NCBI GenBank assembly: GCA_050259195.1
Contig: JBLNAE010000090.1
Span: forward strand, 1 to 35,641
Length of the DNA: 35,641 nucleotides
Direction: 5' to 3'
DNA from: Ignavibacteriales bacterium
GTDB lineage: Bacteria > Desulfobacterota_D > UBA1144 > Nemesobacterales > CSP1-2
The notes under the pieces were generated by a model, which was not told the DNA's origin, did not search any database, and was given only the letters and a program-made list of their open reading frames with translations. The position numbers were made by a program, and so were the translations under genes. Shown here piece by piece: positions 8,815-16,317 of the stretch (positions within the stretch are counted from its first letter, which is position 1; each line of letters begins with the position of its first letter).

Positions 8815-10587
8815 TTAATGTTCGCAGTGGGCCTCACCGCCGCAGCATCCGCCGCTTTCGGCTTCTGCCCTTACCTCTTCGACATTGATCTTCATCTTCT
8901 TTGCAAGCTGTTTGAGTTCCTTGGGGAAGTTCTCGGCCTTCATCTTCTCAATTACCTGCTCGGCAGCCAGTCTGTAGCGGCTCTCTGTCCTTTCTCTAAA
9001 TACCATTCCGGTATTGTATGTGCAGAAGGGATAGATGAACCCATTTGGAGTTACGTAATGTATGACGCATCTCCTGACCCTCTCGATGCTGTAGTTGTAG
9101 TTATCCATAAAATGCATTCCGGCGGCAAACACGGATGGATAACCATCTAATTTCCCAAGATTGACCCTTCTCCTGTTTTTGTTCTCATACCCATCCAGGG
9201 TCTTGAGGAATCCTTCAAATGTAAGTCCATTAGGAGCGTTCTCCTGCTTGAAATACCTCTTTAGTCTCAGAAATGCCTTAGCCTGAGAAAGAAGGTTGAA
9301 GCTTGAGCCGGGCTTTATCTGATTTGAAATGTCATTTACTTCATTAAGCAACCCCTCCATATCCACAAACCTGGATACGGGAATAACCTTGCCTGTCCCT
9401 CTTTCCAGGAATAGATATGTCCCCATAGAGCAATGCGGGTGACATGAGACTGTAAGCGACGGTTTTCCCTTGAGCGCTCCTACGAGCCTGCCAAGGGGCA
9501 CTGAACATGCCATTGGGAACCAGTCCTCTTTTGCGTTTACATAGCCGGTCTGTTTCTCTACGTCATGTGCAAGGTCGCCCAATGTATATCTCATTGCCAT
9601 TCTCTGCTTCTTTGTGATTCTTCCTGTGAGGGATACGGGCTGATACGCCACTCCCTTTACAACGTCATAGTTATCAATGGCGAGCTGAAGCACCCTTCCT
9701 ACGTGGTGATTGTTAAGACCGTTAATGACCGTATCAACCAAGATGACGCTGAGTCCAACCTTTCTCGCATTCTCTATTGTCTTGAACTTATATTCAAGAA
9801 GAGGCTCTCCTCTTGTCTTTTTAAATATGGCATCATCAATTCCATCAAATTGCAGGTAGAAGCTCTCAACACCCGCCTCTTTACAGGCCTGAGCAAATTC
9901 TAAATCCGAGGATTTAATCCCGTTTGTATTTACCTGAATATACTCAAACCCCATTTCATGCGCGGTTTTCACAATCTTTAAAAAATTGGGATGCACAGTC
10001 GGCTCTCCACCCGAGAACTGAACCCTGTCGGATGCCACTGGTTTCTGTGTAAGGAGCGTCTCAAGCATCCTTATCACCTCGTCATAAGTAGGCTCATAGA
10101 GATAGCCAGCGGCGTTGGCGTTGGCAAAACATACAGGGCATGTAAGATTGCACCTGTTTGTCAGGTCTATAATGGGCAGCGAGCTTACACTTGTATGCAT
10201 GTTGCACAGTCCGCAATGCTCAGGGCATACAGTAGCGCTCTTCACCTTGGGGTTTTCAAGTCCTCTTTGATCCCCATACCACATTCTCTCGGCTTTGTAA
10301 TACATATCCGCATCAGAAAAAAACAGGTCTTGGATTTCTCCATGCTCAGGGCATTCCTTTGTCATCCACACCTTGCCATCCTCTTCATAAAGAACGGCGG
10401 GGATGATCTTCTTGCAGTCGGGACAAAGTGAATCCACAGTCTTGGGCAGTCCTGTCTTAATCGGGGTTATCTCGTATCCAAAGTAGGTCGTCTTAGGTTG
10501 ATCCTTCATCCAACCAAGCTCTTTGGTAGTCTCTCCATTTTCATTCCCTTTTCCATTCCCGTTCGATTTCTTAAATATCTCTAGCAT
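8815..10587 (-). CDS. Large radical SAM enzyme with an N-terminal Cys4 zinc-ribbon/rubredoxin-like knuckle and a Cys/His-rich C-terminal tail; possibly tetraether-lipid-synthase (Tes/GDGT-MAS)-like
   Basis: CX3CX2C motif in DLTNRCNLTCPVCFANA, followed by VQFSGGEPTVHP and IQVNTNGI. An upstream pair CPDCKK...CPEHGE is present and the tail is ESGGCCGGEAHCEH. A strong AGGAGG RBS precedes the start. The Tes-like assignment rests on recalled architecture only. Confidence 0.85.
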   Translation of the reverse strand: MLEIFKKSNGNGKGNENGETTKELGWMKDQPKTTYFGYEITPIKTGLPKTVDSLCPDCKKIIPAVLYEEDGKVWMTKECPEHGEIQDLFFSDADMYYKAERMWYGDQRGLENPKVKSATVCPEHCGLCNMHTSVSSLPIIDLTNRCNLTCPVCFANANAAGYLYEPTYDEVIRMLETLLTQKPVASDRVQFSGGEPTVHPNFLKIVKTAHEMGFEYIQVNTNGIKSSDLEFAQACKEAGVESFYLQFDGIDDAIFKKTRGEPLLEYKFKTIENARKVGLSVILVDTVINGLNNHHVGRVLQLAIDNYDVVKGVAYQPVSLTGRITKKQRMAMRYTLGDLAHDVEKQTGYVNAKEDWFPMACSVPLGRLVGALKGKPSLTVSCHPHCSMGTYLFLERGTGKVIPVSRFVDMEGLLNEVNDISNQIKPGSSFNLLSQAKAFLRLKRYFKQENAPNGLTFEGFLKTLDGYENKNRRRVNLGKLDGYPSVFAAGMHFMDNYNYSIERVRRCVIHYVTPNGFIYPFCTYNTGMVFRERTESRYRLAAEQVIEKMKAENFPKELKQLAKKMKINVEEVRAEAESGGCCGGEAHCEH

Positions 10588-10625
10588 GACACACCTCCTA
10601 GTTCATCTTTGTCAGAATATTATTT

Positions 10626-10641
10626 TGCAAGAATTATGCCA
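10626..10641 (-). promoter_or_regulatory. Sigma-54 (-24/-12) type promoter for the radical SAM gene
   Basis: The minus strand reads TGGCAT-aattc-TTGCA, with GG and GC at canonical spacing. The -12 element sits about 40 nt upstream of the ATG at 10587. Confidence 0.5.
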
Positions 10642-10704
10642 TCCACCCCATGTGTCTATTTTCAAAATTCTTTAATATCTACAGGAAAGTATGAAACTTT
10701 TAGG

Positions 10705-10718
10705 GCACATTGATGTGC
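10705..10718. promoter_or_regulatory. Perfect palindrome GCACAT-tg-ATGTGC, candidate activator (UAS) site
   Basis: 6+2+6 perfect inverted repeat about 70 bp upstream of the -24 element of the sigma-54-type promoter. Confidence 0.35.
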
Positions 10719-10843
10719 ACTAAGTATCTTTATAAGATGGTCTAAGAAAAAAGGAAAAAAGCCGGATAGCACTTTTAGTTAGAGTTTCTCTAGCTTTTTG
10801 GAATATAGAATTAATCTATGTTCAAAAATTAAAAATAAGTTGT

Positions 10844-10859
10844 TGCACATTTATGTACA
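10844..10859. promoter_or_regulatory. Second, near-identical palindrome TGCACAT-tt-ATGTACA
   Basis: Same half-site and spacing as the 10705 site, with one mismatch, about 140 bp further upstream. Confidence 0.3.
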
Positions 10860-10906
10860 AACTTGTTTCGCCTTCCACCATTTTTATCCCTGATAGCTAC
10901 ATCGGC

Positions 10907-13327
10907 TCATGTTAACCCTATCGGGTCTACATCAATCGAAACCTTAACCCTGCTAGAACCGGAGGCACGGGAAAGTGTATTCATAAGTTGCCTTGAGAAC
11001 CTATGAAGCATATTCAGGTCCGAAGATTCCATAAGCATCTGCCATCGGTATTGATTCCTTATCTTGTATATAGGAGAAGGGGACGGTCCGAGAATCTTTA
11101 TGGCGCCGATGAGGAGCTTTGATACCAATCTCCTTGCAATTTCACCCGACCCTTTAGCCACATTTGCCGTCTCGGATTCCGTTCTTCCGCCGAACCTAAA
11201 ATTTACAACCCTTGAAAAAGGCGGATACCCCAGTTCTTCACGGAGTTGTAACTCCTCATTTAGAAATCCTGTGCTATCATGCTCCACCGCAAATCTGATA
11301 CTGGGATGTTCAGGATTATAGGTTTGAATTATGACTCGTCCCGGATGATCACCCCTTCCTGCCCGCCCGGCAACCTGAGTAATCAACTGAAACGTCCTTT
11401 CACCGGCTCGAAAATCCGGAATTCCAAGGGCCAGGTCGGCAGAGATTACACCCACAAGGGTTACCCCCGGAAGGTCGTGGCCCTTTGCAACCATCTGAGT
11501 ACCGACAAGTATGTCTATCTCTCCTTTTTCGAGTCTTCCGTAGAGGTTAAGGAGCTTAACTTTCCCGCCCATAGAGTCTCTATCCATCCTTGCGACCCGT
11601 GCCTGAGAAAGCATCCTTTTAAGCTCCTCTTCTATTTTCTGAGTCCCCATGCCAATGGTTCTCAAATTCGCCTCGCATTTCCTGCAATTCTTTATAAACC
11701 TTTCCGAAATCCCACAGTAATGACACCTTAGTGAATCCTCTTTAATGTGATATGTAAGAGAAATGGTACAGTTTGGGCACATGAGCCTATCTCCACACAT
11801 TGGGCAGATTATAAGCGTCGAGAATCCACGCCGGTTAAGAAAAAGAATGGTCTGCCCCCCTCCGCTATAGTTTTCCTTAATCGCTCCCCTGAGCCTTTGG
11901 GAAAATATCTCACCCTTTTCTCCTCTCATATTCACTATCTCAACCTCCGGAAGCGGTCGGTCCTGAACCCTCAATGGGAGAGAGAGATACGTGAATTTCT
12001 CTTTGAGCGCATTGGCATACGATTCAACCGAAGGGGTTGCAGAGCCAAGCACAACCACGGCGTTTATCATCTTTCCCAAAACCAGGGATAAATCCCTTGC
12101 GTTGTAGCGCGGGGACTCGTCCTGTTTATAGGACGACTCGTGCTCTTCATCAACGACTATTACCCCCAGGTTTTTAAATGGGGCAAATATCGCAGACCTC
12201 GCACCTATAATTATCTTTACCTCTCCACGCCTTGCCATACGCCAGGCGTCAAATCTCTCACCGTCGCTAAGGGCGCTGTGTATTACTGCGACCTCCTTTC
12301 CAAATCTCCCGCGAAACCTCTTCACGAGTTGAGGCGTGAGCGAGATTTCGGGGACAAGAACAATTGCCTCTTTTCCATTTTTAATGACCTCTCCAATTAC
12401 ACGCAGATAGACCTCAGTTTTTCCGCTTCCGGTAACCCCGTGAAGAAGAAAGGAGGAGAATCTCCCCCGTCCTATTGCCTCTTTTATTTTATGGAAAGCC
12501 ATTTCCTGGTCGGGGGTAAGCTTAGGAGGAACTTCATCAGAAGAGGTCATTTCCGAAAACGGGTCTCTCGAAATTTCTTCATGTTCGATCTTTATAAACC
12601 CCCTATCCTCCAGCCACCGGATATGGCGACTTACGTCCCCAAAAACCTCTTTTATCTCTGTATACGGAACTCTCTCGTGAGTGAGTATAAAGTCAAAAAT
12701 TTGATATTTGGTAGAACCGATTCGCTTTGCTCCATCTCCCAAACTCGCATGTTCCTCTGCTACGATTATCTTTTCAATTTTCACCTTAGGATCTGAGGAA
12801 AGCTCATAACCAAAATCAATAAACCTTCTCCGCCTGAGGGAGTTTAGAATCTCATACGTTGCGCCCTCTACAATACCAAGAAGCCTTTTAACCGTGATTT
12901 CTCCAGAAATGGATAAGGTTTTGAGAATTAGTCTTTCAATTTCGTCCAATCTATCCTTGCCGGGTGGATTCGTCCCTTTTTCCGTAATCTTGATAACCTT
13001 TTTGAGAGTTATCCCCAATCCCCCCGGATGGGCAGATTTAAGAACAATCCCAAGCGATGTTAGATAATACCTTGCAATCCAGTTAAGAAACTCAAGCCTC
13101 TTTTCATCAAAGAGCGGCTCTTCATCCACAATATCTATTATCTCTCTAAGCGCTAACCCCTCAGGCGGTTTTCCAAATCCAACGGTGAACCCAAGAGCAC
13201 GCTTGCTCTTGAACGGAACCAGAACGCGCTTCCCAACTTGAATCCCGTCTTGAAGATACAGAGGAACTGAATAATAAAATGTCCCCTCATTCTGAATCGG
13301 AATTGCGACTCTTATGGTTTCTTTCAT
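10907..13327 (-). CDS. priA: Primosomal protein N' (replication restart helicase)
   Basis: 806 aa with Walker A LHGVTGSGKTEVYL and DEEH box VVDEEHESSYKQ. The Cys-rich zinc-binding insert is CPMCGDRLMCPNC...CHYCG...CRKC. Confidence 0.93.
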   Translation of the reverse strand: MKETIRVAIPIQNEGTFYYSVPLYLQDGIQVGKRVLVPFKSKRALGFTVGFGKPPEGLALREIIDIVDEEPLFDEKRLEFLNWIARYYLTSLGIVLKSAHPGGLGITLKKVIKITEKGTNPPGKDRLDEIERLILKTLSISGEITVKRLLGIVEGATYEILNSLRRRRFIDFGYELSSDPKVKIEKIIVAEEHASLGDGAKRIGSTKYQIFDFILTHERVPYTEIKEVFGDVSRHIRWLEDRGFIKIEHEEISRDPFSEMTSSDEVPPKLTPDQEMAFHKIKEAIGRGRFSSFLLHGVTGSGKTEVYLRVIGEVIKNGKEAIVLVPEISLTPQLVKRFRGRFGKEVAVIHSALSDGERFDAWRMARRGEVKIIIGARSAIFAPFKNLGVIVVDEEHESSYKQDESPRYNARDLSLVLGKMINAVVVLGSATPSVESYANALKEKFTYLSLPLRVQDRPLPEVEIVNMRGEKGEIFSQRLRGAIKENYSGGGQTILFLNRRGFSTLIICPMCGDRLMCPNCTISLTYHIKEDSLRCHYCGISERFIKNCRKCEANLRTIGMGTQKIEEELKRMLSQARVARMDRDSMGGKVKLLNLYGRLEKGEIDILVGTQMVAKGHDLPGVTLVGVISADLALGIPDFRAGERTFQLITQVAGRAGRGDHPGRVIIQTYNPEHPSIRFAVEHDSTGFLNEELQLREELGYPPFSRVVNFRFGGRTESETANVAKGSGEIARRLVSKLLIGAIKILGPSPSPIYKIRNQYRWQMLMESSDLNMLHRFSRQLMNTLSRASGSSRVKVSIDVDPIGLT

Positions 13328-13416
13328 ATACGCTTGGAGAGTCTAAACAGTTTCGGAAGGAGGTTCAATAGCAAGAGGGTTGAATTAGGAGTTTTAAAGT
13401 CTATTAATGATCTGGC

Positions 13417-14481
13417 TTATCCACTCAATCTAATGTTCCGAACTTCGTCGAGGAGTATTTTCATGCACTCCTGAGCCAATTGAGCCGAGGTAAAAAGTTG
13501 CTTCTCTCCATTCGATTGTCGCCACCCAAGCTCACCAGCAGCATCACGATCAAAGTCGAATTCAAATTTTTTTAACAATTGGGGCTGTCTAAACCGAATT
13601 TCACCTTTGCGAAATAATGAGTTGTCCAAAAGTATTATAAAGAGACGAGAGTATTTTAACGTGTTCGTATATCGCAACCCCCAAAATACGCTCAGACTGA
13701 GTCCTCGGGTAGACAATACTAACTTTATATCGTTTCGTTCTTTGCCAAAAGTTAACTCTTCATTATTAGCAGAAATCTTATCACAACACCTTTCTAGCTC
13801 ATCCAGCAACTTAGCGAGTTCGACATTTGCCGCCTGGACACCTTCAGTGGAGTCCAAAAATCTCTTGCGATCCTCCTGTACACGAATCTGATGAGCTATC
13901 TCCAGAACAGTTTCCTCATGCGGAGTTCCCCCAGCTTGCTGGACTCGTGTCTCTTTGAACTTAAGAGGTGGCATTGGCCTTAATTTGCCAAACTCAGGCT
14001 TCAGGATACGAGGTTGATTGGTAAGGCGGCGATAAAGGTTTTCATAGCCCTCTTCGGTCTCTTCGGTATCGAGCTTGTAGTATGTCACACTGCGAAGCAC
14101 AACAGGAATGTGAGCCAAATCTTGGGAAGAGAACAGCACAGGTATAAACTTGATGTTGTTGGCTTCGGCCTCGTAGAGTCCTTGGGTGATTATCGCCCCT
14201 TCCCATTTTGCACCCAAGCCTTTTCCAATTTCTTCCTCACCTTCAAATCGTCGCTCATATTTCTCGGTACACACTATGAGAACAAAGTCAGCCTCCTTAA
14301 TTTGTTTTCTCGTCCACTGCGGCCATCCCTCCCGTGGTGACTCTTCATACTGGTCTATATAGCAATCTATCCCATCGATACGCAGGCGGTTAGAAAGATT
14401 CAGTACGTGATCTTTGTGCTCAGGTGAATCATGGCTGTAGCTGATGAAGACCTTGGGATGTTTAGATTCGGTAGGTGTCAT
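13417..14481 (-). CDS. TIR/SEFIR-like domain protein with an unrecognised C-terminal domain
   Basis: The N-terminus KVFISYSHDSPEHKDHVLNLSNRLRIDGIDCYIDQY...WPQW...ADFVLIVCTEKY...GLGAKWEG matches the bacterial TIR/SEFIR-like pattern. Residues from about 175 to 354 (a coiled-coil stretch, then a beta-rich region) match nothing I recognise. Confidence 0.7.
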   Translation of the reverse strand: MTPTESKHPKVFISYSHDSPEHKDHVLNLSNRLRIDGIDCYIDQYEESPREGWPQWTRKQIKEADFVLIVCTEKYERRFEGEEEIGKGLGAKWEGAIITQGLYEAEANNIKFIPVLFSSQDLAHIPVVLRSVTYYKLDTEETEEGYENLYRRLTNQPRILKPEFGKLRPMPPLKFKETRVQQAGGTPHEETVLEIAHQIRVQEDRKRFLDSTEGVQAANVELAKLLDELERCCDKISANNEELTFGKERNDIKLVLSTRGLSLSVFWGLRYTNTLKYSRLFIILLDNSLFRKGEIRFRQPQLLKKFEFDFDRDAAGELGWRQSNGEKQLFTSAQLAQECMKILLDEVRNIRLSG

Positions 14482-14485
14482 GTTA

Positions 14486-14570
14486 CTAGAACCAGTCTCA
14501 TAAATGGTAGTAACTCTGTGTTTTCATAGCTTTTTTTGCGTTCTACCAGTATTTATGAGACCGCTTCTAG
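14486..14570. repeat. Long imperfect inverted repeat immediately upstream of the TIR-like gene start
   Basis: Arms at 14486-14510 (ctagaaccagtctcataaatggtag) and 14543-14570 (ctaccagtatttatgagaccgcttctag). The perfect 11-bp core is gtctcataaat / atttatgagac, with a 32-nt spacer. The left arm ends 5 nt from the ATG at 14481. Confidence 0.6.
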
Positions 14571-14604
14571 CCTTTACGTGTTATCTAATACATAAAAACA
14601 CGCG

Positions 14605-15003
14605 TTATCCAAATACTCCGATGTGATCCGGGGCGATTTTGACAATAACGCGCTGCTCTCCCGGCCCACGGTAGGGATATCTGTCAACCCCCAAATACTT
14701 CTTCGCAAGCCGATCTATATGGGTGTCCGCGCCGTTATGAGTCATCTCAACAACATGCCCACGAATCATCACCTGCTCGTAGGGATTTTCAGAATTTATA
14801 ACAGTTACCGCAACCCTGGGATCCCTGCGAAGATTTTTTGCTTTGGCCCGCCCCTCAGCAGTGTTAAAAATGACGTGTTCGCCGTCTGAATCTATCCAAA
14901 CAATGCTGACCTGTGGCGAACCATCCGGCATAAGGGTTGCAACCGCAGCAAAGTTTCTACCTTCAGTAATTAGCTTATGAGCAAGTTCTGGTAATTTCGA
15001 CAT
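14605..15003 (-). CDS. Pyridoxamine 5'-phosphate oxidase (PPOX) family flavin/deazaflavin-binding protein, Rv1155-like class
   Basis: 132 aa with AAVATLMPDGSPQVSIVW...VIFNTAEGRAKAKNLRRDPRVAVTV, the typical split-barrel PPOX-class pattern. An AAGGAGA RBS precedes the start. Confidence 0.75.
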   Translation of the reverse strand: MSKLPELAHKLITEGRNFAAVATLMPDGSPQVSIVWIDSDGEHVIFNTAEGRAKAKNLRRDPRVAVTVINSENPYEQVMIRGHVVEMTHNGADTHIDRLAKKYLGVDRYPYRGPGEQRVIVKIAPDHIGVFG

Positions 15004-15165
15004 GGCATTCTCCTTAGTAAAAAGTCTAAATTATAATTATACTCTAATCAGGAGAAGCACACAGTAAGAAAATAAAGAGTGGTCACGACTAAAGTTAATT
15101 CATGGAGCAGAGTTTTCTACCCACCCACAAGAGTTTTTATAAGTAGGAGCGAATCTTCTAAAGGG

Positions 15166-16317
15166 CTAACTCGGCTCTTCTTTTCCGGAAAGAAGTCTGT
15201 TCAGGATTTCTTTTTGTATGTCCTCAATTTCGGTTTTTACCCTTGAGAGTTCTTCAAGAGATTTTCCACGCTCTCTACATTCATCAAACAGGGCGTCAAC
15301 CTTTGAAAGCACGTGTCTTAATTTTGTCTGAGCCTCTATGTTCGCTTTAATGAGCATCTCCTCATTATCCCAGGGACGCTTTGCGTATGATTCAAGCTCC
15401 TTTGCCTGAACGAGCAATTCACGCGCGCGGTCTCTATAGCCGTGCAGTGACTGATAGATTATAGACTGAATCTCCCCTCTTTCACCCGGATCTCGCCAGA
15501 GGACATTTTCGAGAATGCTTAAATCGTTTTCATCAACCTCGCCTCTTCCATCAAGATATGCTCTCGCTTTAAGAAGGAGAACCGATTGTTTATAGCGCCT
15601 GTCCGAAAGGACAACTCCCTTCTTTTTGAGTTCATTTCTTATGCGGGAGATGAGCTTTATTATATGAGGCGGAATGCGAACGCCCTTCGTTTGAGATTGA
15701 CAGTGCTTGAGCTCCTCAACGGTTATAACGGTCTTTTTTCTCTCAACCTCGTCGGACTGTATCATTTTTATGAATCGAAAATCCTCTTTTATGTAATCCA
15801 CAACGTATCTGAGCAGAAACCTGTCATATAGAGCTTCAAGTTCATCTTCTTCCGATGGAAGCTCGTTGCTTGCTCCAAAGAGCGTAACAAGAGGAACCTC
15901 AGTCGCTTCCGTGCCATTGTAGAAAACTCTCTCATTCATAATTGTAAGAAGGGTGTTGAGTATTGAAGAACTCGCTTTAAATATTTCATCGAGAAAGGCA
16001 ATATAGGCTTCGGGCAATTTTCCGTTTACTACTCTTCTATATTCATCGTTCTCTAACCCCTTTAGACTCACGGCACCGAAGATCTCTTCAGGCGTGGTGA
16101 ATTTTGTAAGGAGCCACTGAAAGTATTTTGCTCCGGAGACCCTTTTACAGACCTCATGCGCAAGGAGCGATTTTGCCGTTCCCGGAGGACCGATAAGGAG
16201 TATGTGACAACCGCATAGGAGGGCGCAAAGAGTTCCCTCTACAACCTCGTCTCTTTCAAAAAACTCCCCCTTTAATTCTTCCTTTATCTTTTTTAAATTC
16301 TCTATTGCTCTTTCCAT
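15166..16317 (-). CDS. RavA/MoxR-like AAA+ ATPase with a coiled-coil C-terminus
   Basis: Walker A LLIGPPGTAKS, then FTTPEEIFG, Walker B AFLDEIFKASSSILNTLLTIMNER, and LFGASNELP...LEALYDRFLLR. These line up closely with my recollection of E. coli RavA. The ATG lies 16 nt inside the 3' end of gspK. Confidence 0.8.
   Translation of the reverse strand: MERAIENLKKIKEELKGEFFERDEVVEGTLCALLCGCHILLIGPPGTAKSLLAHEVCKRVSGAKYFQWLLTKFTTPEEIFGAVSLKGLENDEYRRVVNGKLPEAYIAFLDEIFKASSSILNTLLTIMNERVFYNGTEATEVPLVTLFGASNELPSEEDELEALYDRFLLRYVVDYIKEDFRFIKMIQSDEVERKKTVITVEELKHCQSQTKGVRIPPHIIKLISRIRNELKKKGVVLSDRRYKQSVLLLKARAYLDGRGEVDENDLSILENVLWRDPGERGEIQSIIYQSLHGYRDRARELLVQAKELESYAKRPWDNEEMLIKANIEAQTKLRHVLSKVDALFDECRERGKSLEELSRVKTEIEDIQKEILNRLLSGKEEPS

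Noticed and set aside
8643-8888. 81-aa plus-strand ORF
   Set aside because: It spans the REP-like element, the terminator hairpin and the antisense 3' end of the radical SAM gene, and has no RBS.
12140-12796. 218-aa plus-strand ORF inside priA, plus 11279-11731 and 11747-12091
   Set aside because: They are antisense to a priA with intact helicase and zinc-finger motifs, so a coding role is unlikely.
14571-14604. cgtgtt...aacacg 6-bp hairpin after the PPOX stop, as a possible terminator
   Set aside because: The stem is short, the loop is 14 nt, and no U-run follows on the coding strand.
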